Source: Mobula hypostoma
Lineage: Eukaryota
Assembly: GCF_963921235.1 (NCBI RefSeq)
Contig: NC_086098.1
Location: 38,440,001-38,504,000 of the forward strand
Length of the DNA: 64,000 bases
Direction of reading: 5' to 3'
Shown: positions 13,600 through 25,986 of the stretch, piece after piece
Position numbering within the stretch: position 1 is the first letter of the stretch
Layout of the letters: every line of letters starts with the position of its first letter
The notes under the pieces: generated by a model
What the model was told of the DNA's origin: nothing
Seen by the model: the letters and a program-made list of their open reading frames with translations, nothing else
Database searches by the model: none
Program-made: the position numbers and the translations under genes

Positions 13600-14365
13600 T
13601 AACTCTTAAGCAGGTACGGCATCTTTCAACAGATGAAGGTTCTTTGCTATAGGTGGAAGTAAGGAAGGGAGTAGGAGGAGACTCCAAGCCAGGCTGAATC
13701 AGGGGAATGGGACACCCTCTACCTGGCATCTCGTTCGCAAATGAGCAGTCGCTGGAAAACAAAATTGAGGACCTGTATCAGAGGGAAATGTGAGATTGTT
13801 GTATTCTATGTGCAACTGGGACATTGCTTACTCCCAGCATACCAGATAGAGCAATCAGACTCGAAGGCTTCTTGAGTCACAGGATGGACCAAAATGCTGA
13901 TTCAACAAAGACAAGAGATGAAGATGTGTTTCATATAAACTCTCTTTGGTGCTCTGATGTGGTGGTTTTGTCGAAGTCATTCCCACAACCTTGAACACCT
14001 AATAATCAAATGCTATCCATTCTATTTATCTTGGAAGTTCTCCATTATCCTGATCATACGTTACATACAACCAGCGGCTGACTATAATGAAGCGCCTGAG
14101 ACACTGCATGATGCCATCTCCAAACAAGAAAGTTCATTCTGACGCATTTCAAATCATAGTCGGGGACCTTAACCAGGCTTTTTTGAAGAAGTCTATGCCC
14201 AATTACCATCAGCACATAATGTATAGAGCCAGAGGTCCCAACACACTAGTGACTCGATCATTGTTATACTAAGATGAGGAATGGCTACTGTTCCATGCCC
14301 AGACCATATTTTTGGTAAATCTGATCACTTGGCTGTCCTCCTTACCTGCATGCACAAGAAAGTCC
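13600..14365 (+). mobile_element. Rex1/Babar LINE endonuclease-region remnant
   Basis: Frameshifted APE motifs (LENKIEDL, LEHLIIKCYPFYL, IIVGDLNQA, HQHI..RGPNTL). Confidence 0.65.
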
Positions 14366-15056
14366 ATAATGAGGAAGGCTAATTTTGATGGCATTAGACA
14401 GGACCTTGAAAAAAGAGTAGGAGAGGGTATTAATAAAATGATGTGTGGCAAATGGGAGTCCTTCAACAGTGAGATAGTTGTGGATCAAGTGTTTCTGTTC
14501 AAATGAAGGGCAAGGCTGGCACGATTAGCGAACGATGTTTCATGGAGGATATCACAATTCCCCGAACAGCCCCGAAGTCCAGCGCTGATGCCACTATGCC
14601 ACCAGCCGGCATAAGGGAAGTAGGAGGACAAGAAGGGGAAATAACGTCTTGGCAGAGTAGGTAATGGAGAATCAGAAATTCTGCAAGAATATCAAGGATT
14701 AGAAGGTAACTTGGGAGAAAATGGGCATCCTTTAAGTATGTGGAACAACGTGAGGTGGGTCAAGTCTTGCATGAATACCTCTGTATTTACTGAGGTGCAG
14801 GTCATGGAAGCTGAGAAGAGAAATGATTTCCTGAAACATATCCACATTACAAGAGGAAATGATAATAGTCTTAAACCACAAAGTTGCCAAGCCTTGGTGC
14901 CTGACCAAATGTATCCTAAGAATAGTGAAGAAATCTGGGAAGAAATTGCTGGGACCCTGGTAGAAATATTTGAATTGCCATTAGCCGCAAGAGAGGTACT
15001 AGAAAGCTGGAGGTTGGCTAATGTTCAAAGTAAATTTATTATCAAACTACATATAC

Positions 15057-16290
15057 AGTGGTGCTAGAAAATTTGTGAACCCTTTAGAACTTTCTTTTTC
15101 TGCATAAATATGACCTAAAATGTGATCAGATCTTCATGCAAGTCCTAAAACTAGATAAAGACAACCCATGTAAATGGAGAAGATGGCAGCACGCCTGCGT
15201 GTGCGTAGCCCTCCGGTGAAAAATGATGTTGTATCTGTTAAATAGGGGCCATGGACAATTCTGATTTGATGGAGAATGGACTTGAAAGCACAGAGGAACA
15301 TCTGGAGAAATTTCTGAAACGCCCATTCGCTGCTGTCGTTACTGTGTGGTCTGGAATCTTTCGGAGGGTAGGCCTCAAAATCCCCCCGGCCTTGCCTGCT
15401 TTTGGCGACCGAGAAGGAGGTCGAATCGTTCGGACAGAGATGGCGCTCAGTACTCGGTGTCGGACAGCTGATCAGAGCTCGAAGTTTTCAGATGACTCAG
15501 AGTCGGATTGTGGTTGGCACGGCAGGGAGAGTTTTTCTTCCTTCACTCGTTTGCGTGAGATGTGGTACATTTGAGAAACTTTGAACTTTACTGTGCTCAT
15601 GGACTTCTTCATCAAGTTATGGTATTGTTACACTGTTTGTAAGTATATGTTATAATTATGTGGTTTTGTCAGTTTTTTCAGTCTTGGTCTGTCCTGTGTT
15701 TTGTGATATCACACCGGAGGAAATAATGTATCATTTCTTAATGCATGCAGTACTAAATGACAATAAAAGAGGACTATGTGTCTTCATAATCTAATCTAAT
15801 TAAAAAAAACACAAACATTATACTTGTTCATTTATTTATTGGAAAAAAAGGGTCCAATATTACATGTATTTGTTGGAAAAAGTATGTAAACCTTTGCTTT
15901 CAGTAACTGGTGTGACCCTCCTTGTACAACAGTAACTTCAACCAAATATTTCCAGTCCTGCATATCGGCTTGGAGGAATTTAAGGCCATTCCACCTTACA
16001 AAACTGCTTCAACTCTGGGATGTTGGTGGACTTCCTTGCTAAGTTAACAAATTTCACGATACATGCCGGTGATAATAAACCTGATTCTGAACTGCTTGTT
16101 TCAGGTCCTTCCACAACATTTCTAATGTCAGGACTTTGTTTCAGCCAATCCAAAATATGAAATTTCTTCTTCTTTAACCATTCTTTGGTAAAGTGACTTG
16201 TGCGTTTAGGGTCGTTGTCTTGGTGCATGACCCACTTTCTCATGAGCTTCATTTCACGGACGGATACCCTGACATTTTCCTGGACAATTT
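15057..16290 (-). mobile_element. Tc1-family DNA transposon remnant, interrupted by two retro-insertions
   Basis: TA+CAGTGGTGCTAGAAAATTTGTGAACCC terminal repeat. The minus strand encodes WVMHQDNDPKRTS..TKEWLKKKK..LDW..QSPDI, the Tc1 DDE region. Confidence 0.8.
15172..15800 (+). mobile_element. Unclassified young retro-insertion within the Tc1 element
   Basis: Starts with AAGATGGCAGC, is CpG-rich, ends with AATAAA and a (TCTAA)n tail; Tc1 sequence resumes on both sides. Confidence 0.55.
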
Positions 16291-16299
16291 GCTGGTACA

Positions 16300-16710
16300 G
16301 GGAAAATGGGTGGTTTTAAAGAGGGGTTATAGAAGCCATTTTTGTCAAACTAGAAAATCCATCCCTGAACAGAAGGGGATAAAGTACGACACCACCCTTC
16401 AGCTACTTGTAATGTAGTCCTAACATCTGTACCCCGGTGTCTCTACAACAGTTCATACCTCCATTGATGTAAAGATCAGACTAATAAACCTCTCATCACT
16501 TTTACGACTCTGAATGACACTCATGCAATTGCTGTACCTTTAAATAACTCAGACTTCATAAGCTGGGAAACTACCCACCATGGATCAGAACGGATGAAGC
16601 CTCTCAGATGAGTGATGAAACACCTTCTGGACAACACAGCAAGTCCACTTGTCTTGATTTACTACTGCTCGATATGCAATGACCTGGATGACTGAGAACT
16701 TCAGACATTT
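16300..16710 (+). mobile_element. Second Penelope-like family (Poseidon-type) 3' end with pLTR
   Basis: Translates WFKRGVIEAIFVKLENPSLNRRG (PLE GIY-YIG C-terminus). The pLTR contains a hammerhead-like segment and ends ATGACCTGGATGACTGAGAAC. Confidence 0.7.
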
Positions 16711-16949
16711 AAATGAAGAAGTCAAATTGAGTGACGTTATCCCCTTTGGTTCAAGAGCCTGGTGGTTAAGAGGTGGCAATGTTGGGCTTTTAAGAGGAGC
16801 TACGTAGACAAGCCAGGGAGCTAAAGCTGATGAGCCTAACACCAGTAATGAGAAAGTAACCAGAGGAGACTGAGGAACCAGAATCCTTGCAATTGAAAAG
16901 ATGAGGGTTGATTTGTCAGCATGACTTTGTGAATGGGAAATTCTCACAA

Positions 16950-17780
16950 AGTTGTTTTTATTTTAGAGAAGTGACCAAGAGGATTGGTGAGGACAGGGTG
17001 TTAGGTTGCAGGTAATGTTCTGCATGGTAGCCAGTTCTGAATAGTTAGATCAGATATGAGCTAACCAGTTGAATGCAGAATTGGCTTGATGGTTGTTTGT
17101 CATCCATGTTAATTTGGATGAGAATGTAGCTGATGTGGTTGGTAAATTTCTGCATGACACAAATTGATGATACGGTGAACAGTGGAGATGGTTACCTGAG
17201 AACTGGGAAAGTGGGCCTATGAATGGCAGATAGAATTTAACTTAAAGTGTCACATCTTGGAAAGGTAAACCTCAGCTGGACATGCATATTAAATGGCAGG
17301 GTTCTGGTGATAGGAGAGGGGGGTATAATTACACAATTCCCTAAACGTGTGGCATAATGTAGGCAGACGGTGGTGAAAGAGTCTAGACAGCTTAAATTGT
17401 AAGGAGAGGCTGAAAAGGCTGGGGCTATTTTCTCTGGAGTGTAGGAGGCCAAAGGGTGACATTACAGAGATATGAGGGGCATAGATGGTCCCCCCCACCC
17501 CCCAGCCCCAGGATAATAGAGGGCATGGACTTAGGGTGGGAGGGGAAAGATTTAAAGGAGACTTGACGGCAAGCTTTTCACACAGAGTGGTGGGTATGTG
17601 AAACAAGCTGCCAAAAAAAAGTAAACAATTTTACAATGTTTATGGGATATTTAGACAGGTGGCTGGATAGGAAAGATTTAGAGTGATATGGAATAATTGT
17701 AGCAAAATGGGACTGGCTCAGGGAGGTGCCTTTGGCAGGCCTGCTTGTATGTATACATGTTTTCTATGCTGTATAAATAA
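16950..17780 (+). mobile_element. Decayed CR1 LINE ORF2 3' part
   Basis: Degenerate RT/C-terminal motifs (ERLKRLGLFSLECRR.KGD, FTQ.VV..WNKLP). Confidence 0.7.
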
Positions 17781-17849
17781 TTTTTCCTCTAGCTTTCAAA
17801 AAATGCATATTGTGGGGAGTGGGTGAAGAGAACCAGTCCATTTTAAGCA

Positions 17850-18375
17850 AGCAAGTTTATTTGTATAGCATTTTTCAAGCTCAGGGCAGTTCAAAGTGCT
17901 TTACACAGAAATCGAATATCAAATTTCAAACAATATATAAGAATAAAATCACAAATAGATATGATAAATTGAAGTTGCAGTGCAGGAGCTTCTAATTAAA
18001 AGCTACAGCAAAAAGGAAAGTACTAAGCCTTGATTTAAGAGCTTAAAGTTGAGGCAGACTTCAGATCCTCTGGAAGGTTTTCAGATACGTGGAGCATAGT
18101 AACTACATTTAGTTTTGACCTTGGGGACTGTAGCAGACCTGCCTCAGATGACCTGAGAACTTGGGAAGGTTCGTAATGCAGCAAGAGATCAGAGATGTAT
18201 TTTGACCCTAGACCGTTTAAATTTTATAAACCAGTAGCATTATTTTAAAGTCAGTTCTCTGGACAGGAAGCCAGTGTAGTGATCTGAGAACTGGACTGAT
18301 AGGTTCTACTTTCTTTATCTTAGTGAGGACTCTAGGAGGAGCGTTCTGAATGAGCTGCGGCTGTCTGAGGGATTT
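17850..18375 (-). mobile_element. L2 LINE 3' fragment
   Basis: The minus strand reads approximately QLIQNA..RVLTK.KKVEPISPVLRSLHWLPV..DFKIMLLVYK..NGLGSKYISDLLLHYEPSQVLRSS, the L2 ORF2 C-terminus, with a GTAAAGCACTTTGAA..GCTATACAAATAAA tail. Confidence 0.8.
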
Positions 18376-18451
18376 TTTTTTACACAGATCAGTGAAAATG
18401 CCCTTACATTAGATTTAAAAACCTGTTCATTTCTTACAGCTACCTGCCAAC

Positions 18452-18561
18452 ATGTCTGCACCACGACTTCAGCGGTCGATGTCTCGAACAGGTGAAAGTT
18501 TGTATAAGGCATTGGGATTAGAGAAAGGAGCTACACCAGAGGAGATCAAAAAGGCATATAG
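18452..18561 (+). CDS. DNAJC5G: Cysteine string protein (DnaJ C5 gamma), coding exon 1 (exon starts at 18440)
   Basis: Acceptor TTCTTACAG|C, ATG at 18452, translation [36 protein letters not shown](R) = start of a CSP J-domain; donor AG|GTATGA. Not in the supplied ORF track. Confidence 0.93.
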
Positions 18562-19012
18562 GTATGAAATATTGTTAAATCTAATTTGAAATCTATTCAT
18601 TCTTAATGTTCCAATAATTATGTAAAATTATTCCCTTGGAATAGTTCAGAATATTATCATTCAGAATTTTAAAAATATGAGCATGCTTTATGGCAGCTTC
18701 TAAAATGCCACCACTGATTCCAACCGCTCCCTTTCACATTTTTCTATGAAACCAATGGAGATGTGACACTTGTTCTTCTATCTATTCCCTTTCTAGCAAT
18801 CCAAACAGCCCTCCTACTTTCTCCAATCTTGTGTGCTACTTTTGCAGCTCAACAAGTGATTTCCATTAAAGAAATCAAATGCTAATTGGGTGACTGCATT
18901 GCAGTTCATATACATTCATTCCACACAGCTACAGTGTTTCTGTGCATTCTTCAAACTGCCCTTAATTCATAACTTTTCGTTTTTCCTCTCCAACTGCCCC
19001 CATCAACTGATC

Positions 19013-19470
19013 AATTTGGAGAAGGAAGTCTGAGAATTGGAGCGGGAGTGCGGCGGGAGCCATTTTGATTTTTGCTTCTCATCGGAGTTAAGAGAGGCGG
19101 GACTGCGCAGGCGTGTGACATCGGGCAGTGAAACGCGGAAGATTTAAAAGGTCAGAAATCCTGATTCGGGTTTAATTTGGAGAAGAAAGTCTGAGAATCG
19201 GAGCGGGAGTGAGGCAGGAGCCATTTTGATTTTTTCTTCTTCTCATCGGAGTTAAGAGTGGTGGGACTGCGCAGGCGTATGATGTTGGGCAGTGAAGCGC
19301 GGAAGATTTAAAAGGTCAGAAATCCTGATTCGGGTTTAATTTGGAGAAGGAAGTCTGAGAATTGGAGTGGGAGTGTGGCGGGAGCCATTTTGATTTTTTC
19401 TTTTCATCGGAGGTGAGAGGTGGGACCACGCAGGCATGTGACGGGCAGTGAAGCGCAGAAGATTTAAAAG
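19013..19470 (+). repeat. About 2.8 tandem copies of a 161-164 bp monomer at the CR1 5' end
   Basis: AATTTGGAGAAG restarts at 19013, 19174 and 19338. Confidence 0.92.
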
Positions 19471-22400
19471 GAACATAGCCTTATACAGCGGGCAGCGCTG
19501 GTTTGCGGGTAGCAAAGTGAGCCGGGAACAGAGTGAAGGCTTAAGGGCTTTGGCTGAAGCGGGCGAGGCAAAGTAGGTTTGGTTTTCAATTTTTCCTGTT
19601 ATTTGAGGAAAGGGGGAAGTATGAGGGTGAGGGCAGCTTGTTGTTCTTGGTGTTGGATGTGGGAGGTCCTGGAGTCTCCTAGCCTCCTGAACGTCCACAT
19701 CTGCGCTAGGTGCGCTGAGCTGCAGCTCCTAAGCGACCATATTGGGGAACTGGAGCTGCAGCTCGATGACCTTCATCTGGTCAGGGAGAGTGAGGAGTTA
19801 GTAGAGAGGAGTTACAGGCAGGTGGTCACACTGGGGCCACGGGAGGCAGACAAGTGGGTCACGGTTAGGAGGGGGAAGGGGAAGTGTCAGGTATTAGAGA
19901 GTACCCCGGTGGCTGTGCCCCTTGACAATAAGTACTCCTGTTTGAGTACTGTTGGGGGGGGGGGGTGGTGGAGACAGCTTACCTGGGGGAAGCAACAGAG
20001 TCCAGCGCTGTAGCTCAGAAGGGTAGGGAAAGGAAGAGGAGGGCAGTAGTCATAGGGGTCTTGATAGTTAGGGGGTCAGATAGGCGATTCTGTGGACTCA
20101 GTCAAGAGACCCGGATGGTAGTTTGCCTCCCTGGTGCCAGGGTCCGAGATGTTTCTGATCGCGTCCAAGATATCCAGAAGTGGGAGGGTGAGGAGCCAGA
20201 TAGGTAGCCAGATGGTACATATAGGTACCAATGACATGGGTAGGAAAAGGGAAGAGGTTCTGAAAGGAGAATATAGGGAGTCAGGAAGGGAGTTGAGAAG
20301 AAGAACCGCAAAGGTAGTAATCTCGGGATTACTGCCTGTTCCACGCGACATTGAGAGTAGGAATGGAATGAGATGGAGGATAAATGTATGGCTGAGGGAT
20401 TGGAGCAGGGGGCAGGGATTCAAGTTTCTGGATCATTGGGACCTCTTTTGGGGCAGGTGTGACCTGTACAAAAAGGACGGGTTGCACTTGAATCCTAGGG
20501 GGACTAATATCCTGGCAGGAAGATTTGCGAAGGCTGCTGGGGAGACTTTAAACTAGAATGGTTGGGGGGCTGGGAATCAAATTGAAGAGACTAAGAGGGA
20601 GGAGGTTAGTTCACAAACAGAAAAAGCTAGTAGACAGTGTGTGAGGGAGGATTGGCCAGTGACAGAGAAGGGGAGCGCTCAGCCCGAAGATGTAGGGGAG
20701 AAGGAAGAAAAAGATAATAAATTGTTTGCACCTTTAGGGATAAACAGAGTAAGAGGTGGAGAGTTTCTTAAATACATTTATTTTAATACTAGGAGCATTG
20801 TAAGAAAGGTGGATGAGCTTAGAGCATGGATTGATACCTGGAAATATGATGTTGTAGCTATTAGTGAAACATGGTTGCAGGAGGGGTGTCATTGGCAACT
20901 AATATTCCTGGATATCGTTGCTTCAGGTGTGATAGAATTGGGGCAAGAGGGGGAGGTGTTGCATTGCTTGTCAGAGAAAATATTACAGCGGTGCTTTGAC
21001 AGGATAGATTAGAGGGCTCGTCTAGGGAGGCTATTTGGGTGGAATTGAGGAATGGGAAAGGTGCAGTAATGCTTATTGGGGTGTATTATAGACCACCTAA
21101 TGGGGAGCGAGAATTGGAGGAGCAAATTTATAAGGAGATAGCAATATTTGTAGTAAGCACAAGGTTGTGATTGTGGGAGATTTTAATTTTCCACACATAG
21201 ACTGGGAAGCACATTCTGTAAAAGGGCTGGATGGTTTGGAGTTTGTAAAATGTGTGCAGGATAGTTTTTAGCAGCAATACATAGAGGTACCAACTAGAGA
21301 AGGGGCAGTGTTGGATCTCCTGTTAGGGAATGAGATAAGTCAGGTGACGGAGTTATGTGTTGGAGAGCACTTCGGGTCCAGTGATCACAATGCCATTAGT
21401 TTCAATATAATTATGGAGAAGAATAGGACTGGACCCAGGGTTGAGATTTTTGATTGGAGAAAGGCTAACTTTGAGGAGATGTGAAAGGATTTAGAAGGAG
21501 TGGATTGGGACAATTTGTTTTATGGTAAGGATGTAATAGAGAAGTGGAGGTCATTTAAAGGTGAAATTTTGAGGGTACAGAATCTTTATGTTCCTGTTAG
21601 GTTGAAAGGAAAGGTTAAAAGTTTGAGAGAGCCATGGTTTGCAAGGGATATTGGAAACTTGGTTCAGAAAAAGAGAGAGATCTACAATAAATACAGGCAG
21701 CTTGGAGTAAATGAGGTGCTAGAGGAATATAAAGAATGTAAAAAGAATCTTAAGAAAGAAATTAGAAAAGCTAAAAGAAGATATGAGGTAGCTTTGGCAA
21801 GTAAGGTGAAAATAAATCCCAAGGGTTTCTACAGTTATTAATAGCAAAAGGATAGTGAGGGATAAAGTTGGTCCCTTAGAGAATTAGAGTGGACAGCTAT
21901 GTGCGGAGCCAAAAGAGATGGGGGAGATGTTGAACAATTTCTTCTCTTCAGTATTCACTAAGGAGAAGGATATTGAATTGTGTAAGGTAAAGGAAACAAG
22001 AAGGGTAGTTATGGAAAATATGACGATTAAAGAAGAGGAAGTACTGGCACTTTTAAGGAATATAAAAGTGGATAGGTCTCCGGGTCCTGACAGGATATTC
22101 CCTAGGATCTTGAGGGAAGTTAGTGTAGAAATAGCAGGGGCTCTGACAGAAATATTTCAAATGTCATTAGAAGCAGGGATGGTGCAGGAGGATTGGCGTA
22201 CTGCTCATGTTGTTCCATTGTTTAAAAAGGGTTCTAAAAGTAAACCTAGCAATTATCGGCCTGTAAGTTTGACGTCAGTGGTGGGTAAATTAATGGAAAG
22301 TATTCTTAGAGGTGGTATATATAATTATCTGGATAGACAGGGTGTGATTAGGAACAGTCAACATGGATTTGTGCATGGAAGGTCATGTTTGACAAATCTT

Positions 22401-23030
22401 ATTGAATTTTTTGAAGAGATTACTAGGACAATTGATGAGGGTAAAGGGGTGGATGTTGTCTATATGGATTTCAGTAAGGCCTTTGACAAGGTTCCACATG
22501 GAAGGTTAGTTAGGAAGGTTCAATCATTAGGTATTAATATTGAAGTAGTAAAATGGATTCAACAGTGGCTGGATGGGAGATGCCAGAGAGTAGTGGTGGA
22601 TAACTGTGTGTCAGGTTGGAGACCGGTGACTAGTGGTGTGCCGCAGGGATCTGTACTGGGTCCAGTGTTGCTTGTCATATACATTAATGATCTGGATGAT
22701 GGAGTGGTAAATTGGATTAGTAAGTATGCAGATGATACTAAGATAGGTGGTGTTGTGGAAAATGAAGTAGGTTTTCAAAGCTTGCAGAGGGATTTGGGCC
22801 AGTTAGAAGAATGGGCTGAAAGATGGGAGATGGAGTTTAATGCTGTTAAGTGTGAAGAGCTACATTTTGGGCCATTCAGGACTAATCAAAATGGAACATG
22901 CATGGTAAATGGTAGGGCACTGAGGAATGCAGTATAACAGAGTGATCTAGGAGTAATGGTGCATAGTTCCCTGAAGGTGGAATCTCATATGGATAGAGTG
23001 GTGAAGAAAGCTTTTGGTATGCTGGCCTTT

Positions 23031-23193
23031 AAGACGGAGTTAGGTATGGCCCTTATGGCTGAAAGGATCAGGGGGTATGGAGAGAAAGCAGGTACAGGGT
23101 TCTAAGTTGGATGATTAGCCATGATCATACTGAATGGCGGTGCAGGCTCGAAGGGCCGAATGGCCTATTCCTGCACTTATTTTCTATGTTTCT
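23031..23193 (+). mobile_element. Short 3' end of a different CR1 subfamily nested in ORF2 of the long CR1
   Basis: Interrupts GCTGGCCTTT|ATAAATCAGAGC and ends with GGCTCGAAGGGCCGAATGGCCTA..TTCTATGTTTCTAT. Confidence 0.85.
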
Positions 23194-23954
23194 ATAAATC
23201 AGAGCATTGAGTACAGGAGTTGGGATATAATGTTAAAATTGTAGAAGACATTGGTGAGGCCAAATTTGGAGTATTGTGTACAGTTCTGGTCACCAAATTA
23301 TAGGAAAGATGTCAACAAAATAGAGAGTACAGAGAAGATTTACTAGAATGTTACCTGGGTTTCAGCACCTAAGTTATAGAGAAAGGTTGAACAAGTTAGG
23401 TCTTTATTCTTTGGAGCGTAGAAGGTTGAGGGGGGACTTAATAGAGGTATTTAGAATTAGGGGGATAGATAGAGTTGACGTGGATAGGCTTTTTCCATTG
23501 AGAGTAGGGGAGATTCAAACAAGAGGACATGAGTTGAGAGTTAGGGGGCAAAAGTTTAGGGGTAACACGAGGGGGATCTTCTTTACTCAGAGAGTGGTAG
23601 CTTTGTGGAACAAGCTTCCAGTAGAAGTGGTAGAGGCAGGTTCTACTGTCATTTTGTCATTTAAAAAAAATTGGATAGATATATGGACAGGAAAGGAATG
23701 GAGAGTTGTGGGCTGAGTGCAGGTAGATCAGACTAGGTGAGAGTAAGCATTCAGCACGGACTAGAAGGGCCGAGATGGCCTGTTTCCGTGCTGTAATTGT
23801 TATATGGTTTATATGGTTATATGGGGTGAGCTTTACAACTTATCCCAAAGACAATCCTGGCCTTGCCATAAAAGAAAGGTTCCTCTTGTTTCTGTTCATT
23901 GTTCTTCCATATTCTTTCAGTTTAAAAATAACTAGTTTTCTTTCTTGGGTTTGA

Positions 23955-24415
23955 TATATTGGAGGTGGTTCAAAGGAGGTTCACGAAAATGATTCTGGGA
24001 TTGAAAGCCTTGTCATATAAGGAGCGTTGGATGTCTTCTGGTCTCTACTCACTGGAACTCAGAAGAATGAAGAAACCTATTGAATGTTGAAAGGCCTCTA
24101 TAGAGTGGATGTGGAATGGATGTTTCCAGTGGTGGGGGAGTCTAAGACCAGAGGACACAGCCTTAAGATAGAGGGGCGTCCTTTTAGCCAGAGAGTGGTG
24201 AATCTGTGGAATTTATTGCCACAGACACCTGTGGAAACCAAATCTGTATGTATATTTAAGGCGGAGGTTAATAGATTGTTGATTGGTCAGGGCATGGATA
24301 TAGGGGGGAAGGCAGGAGGTTGGGGCTGATAAGGAAAATGGATCAGCTGTGATGAAATGGTAGAGCAGACTCAATGAGCCAAATGGCCTAAGTCTGCTCC
24401 AATATCTTATGGTTT
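23955..24415 (+). mobile_element. CR1 LINE 3' fragment
   Basis: LKGLYRVDVEWMFPVVGESKTRGHSLKI..SQRVVNLWN and a TCTTATGGT tail. Confidence 0.85.
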
Positions 24416-25772
24416 TCATTCCACAAAAGCTGTCTGTCTGCTGAGTGTTTCAAGCAATTCCTTTTTTTAGATTTCCAGCTTCTACAGTTTATGTTCAGAT
24501 TTCACAACCCAATTGATCTCCTGGCTACCTTGTAAGCTGGTTTTACATACAGATTGCAGTCAAAGCAAGTGCACCAAACACTCTTCCTTCTATCCCCATA
24601 TGTTTCTCTTTTACTCACATGCTTTCTTCCATTTTGGATATTTCTTTCACTGACTCTTCACTTTCACTTCATCCTTTGCTGAACGTATCCTGTACTTGTG
24701 TGGTATCCCCTTTTGTTTGCACATGTTATAGCTGTCTGTGGTGTTACTGAGCTCTTCAATGTGCCAGCTTCTATTCTTATCCCTCAAGCTCTGTCTCATT
24801 CCCAGATCCTTGTGTATCTGACTCTTCTGCTCTCATTTTGTCTGGTCTTGTCCTAGACTGACTATTGTTGGCACACTGGGGATTTGTGCAATTTTCACAA
24901 GTACTGCAATGTTGTGTTTAGAAACCCAGGTTTAATAGTTTCAGTCACTGGCAGGTATAGGACAGTCGTTGCATCATTGCTTCTGTGACTGAACTGAGCT
25001 AGCTATTGCACGACAGGTTAAGAATCAAACGTCACATTCCAGCTATTGCCATCTTGACATATTTACTGCTGTCTTACAAATGTAGAGAGATTGTCAGTAC
25101 TACATGAGATCTTTCAATGGATCAATGGAGGTGAAACCAGATTTCATGAAACAACAGGTACATGCTGCATGGTTGCTGCCTGTGCACTCAGCATCTGAAA
25201 TATTTCTGTATCAGGCTGTGTAGAGCACCCAGTTCTGCAGTGATGGAGTCCAGCAGTGTTTAACGTTGCACGTAAAGCATGCTGCTACAGGAGTTTAGGC
25301 TGGGCATGCTAAATGAACTGCAGGTCACCTTGGTGTGCATTTTGCTTAAATCTACTTATAAGGATATTTGTGCTGGCTGAGCACTGACATTGTGACGAGC
25401 AATATTTTTTAAGCTTCATTGAAACACCTGTGGAAAGGGCCAATAATTCACTCAATAGTAGAATAACTGGTTTTGCAATTGCTGCAGTTAAATTTGCACA
25501 CATTTGGGTAACTAATGAGATGTTTTTTAAGGTTTGCAGCATATGACAAAAGTTGAAATGGAAATCCAGAAACCACCTGTATTTTCTTGAAATCTTGTCT
25601 CTTCCTACTATGATAAAAACATTGTTTAAAAATTAGCACTGGTGTTCCTGGTAATAGTTTAATTTGATTGAAGGAGATTAATTTAATTTTAAATTTTTAA
25701 TTAGCTCTAGATACAGCATTATTTGTACCCAGATTGTAGTTCTGAAGTTTGTTACTTTTGTTTTCCAATTAG

Positions 25773-25986
25773 AAAGCTTGCACTCAAGTATCATCCAGAC
25801 AAAAATCCAGACAACCCTGATGCATCGGAAAAGTTTAAAGAAATAAACAATGCAAATGCAATTCTGAATGATGAAAATAAGAAACGCATCTACGATGAGT
25901 ATGGCTCAATGGGACTGTATGTGGCTGAACAGTTTGGAGAAGAGAGTGTCAAATACTACTTTCTGATGAACAAGTGTTGGTTTAAG
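25773..25986 (+). CDS. DNAJC5G: Cysteine string protein, coding exon 2 (J-domain HPD motif and linker)
   Basis: 214-bp exon with AG/GT boundaries, phase-compatible with the previous exon. Translation [71 protein letters not shown]. Confidence 0.96.

Larger units (their letters stand above)
19013..23824 (+). mobile_element. Near full-length CR1 LINE (ORF1 zinc finger/coiled coil/SGNH esterase; ORF2 APE endonuclease and RT), disrupted
   Basis: ORF1 pieces at 19579-20556 (CxxC..HICARC, VHIGTNDMGR, KDGLHLN). ORF2 pieces at about 20760-23716 (YDVVAISETWL, NYRPVSLTS, YMDFSKAFDKVPH, GVPQGSVLGP, KYADD). (GTTATATG)n-type tail; several stops and frameshifts. Confidence 0.95.

Noticed and set aside
19013-19470. 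CRISPR or satellite array
   Set aside because: No spacers; it is the 5' end of a CR1 LINE.
21918-22937. 339-aa reverse transcriptase as a host or domesticated gene
   Set aside because: It is a fragment of CR1 ORF2 bounded by stops and frameshifts.
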